Assembly: GCA_035221665.1 (NCBI GenBank)
Contig: CM069141.1
Coordinates: 17,608,001 to 17,672,000, forward strand
Length of the DNA stretch: 64,000 nucleotides
Origin: Okamejei kenojei
Taxonomy: Eukaryota
Direction: 5' to 3'
Below the pieces are notes generated by a model. That model saw nothing but the letters and a program-made list of their open reading frames with translations. It had not been told where the DNA came from and did no database searches. A program made the position numbers and the translations under genes. The first letter of the stretch is position 1, and each line of letters starts with the position of its first letter. Positions 63,209 to 64,000 of the stretch are shown piece by piece.

Positions 63209-64000
63209 AAATAAAATAGTTGGCAGGAGGGAATTTTCTTTTTTTCTCCTTTGTTAAGAATATTTTCAGAACATTTTCAAAAAAATGATTTTGGTAATTT
63301 CCATCAAAATGTGCAACTTTGTAATATAATCATTTTCATTTATACGAGTGCATAAAATGTATAGTGGGAGAACGGTTTTGCACTACCCCTGTACCATGCA
63401 GTTTTTTAAATTGTACTGGATAATTAATGCGCATGTACAATTGTTGAATTTAGGTGGAAACTGTATTGGGAACTGAGAATGTTTGACTCCGAGTGAAGCA
63501 AAGGCATGCAAGGTAATACAGGCAGTGAATTAATTAACTTCCAATACTCAAACTGTACAGGCCCCTTATCTATAATAAACTAAGCTTGGACCATAGCTGA
63601 AGAATTTATATGGCTGAACGACACCAGAATCAAGTAGAATTAAATGTATGAAGGAACTAAACAGTATTACACTTGAGACAGCTAAGACTTCCATTCAATT
63701 GGTAGGGTTTTTTATTTGCATCCTGTGAGCACATAGAAGGCAACATTCCACTATTAACCTTTGAGGACATGTGAACGAGGGATTTTATCTAACAAGCATT
63801 TGTGGGATAATTCTTCAATTCGGCTTGACTGGAATCAATAGAGTAGGTTTTAGGGAAGCAATGCTGAATGGATTAAATGAAATATCAGGAAAACCTCAAT
63901 TTTAATCTCAAGAGTTACAAATATGATTTGTACAACAATATAGACAAAATGCATCAAAAGCAAAAGGAAGTCTGATTTGGATTTCTCCCACAGGAGTGGC

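Overview
Eukaryotic, repeat-dense vertebrate DNA. The repeat content (HE1/V-type tRNA-SINEs, many CR1 LINEs, Penelope, Rex1-like and Tc1 elements) points to a cartilaginous fish, probably a skate or ray; this is inferred from repeat families only. I can support no intact host gene. Every ORF I recognise is a broken transposon protein: CR1 APE/RT, Penelope RT+GIY-YIG, Tc1 DDE, Rex1-like RT, Vingi-like RT, and Tx1 and Gypsy fossils. There is a 352-N gap at 36800-37151. Highlights: (1) about 20 short Penelope-derived insertions, many carrying a minimal hammerhead-ribozyme core (CUGAAGA-A-stemII-GAAACGUC), several with their own 10-16 bp target-site duplications (TSDs) and some as head-to-head pairs; (2) a perfect 28-bp two-TIR palindrome with an 8-bp TSD that looks like a P-element-type excision footprint; (3) a CAGGG-ended DNA element with a 5-bp TSD; (4) a Vingi-like LINE with an 8-bp TSD; (5) an unclassified ~1-kb TIR element in two copies. 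Boundaries without a stated TSD or TIR are approximate.
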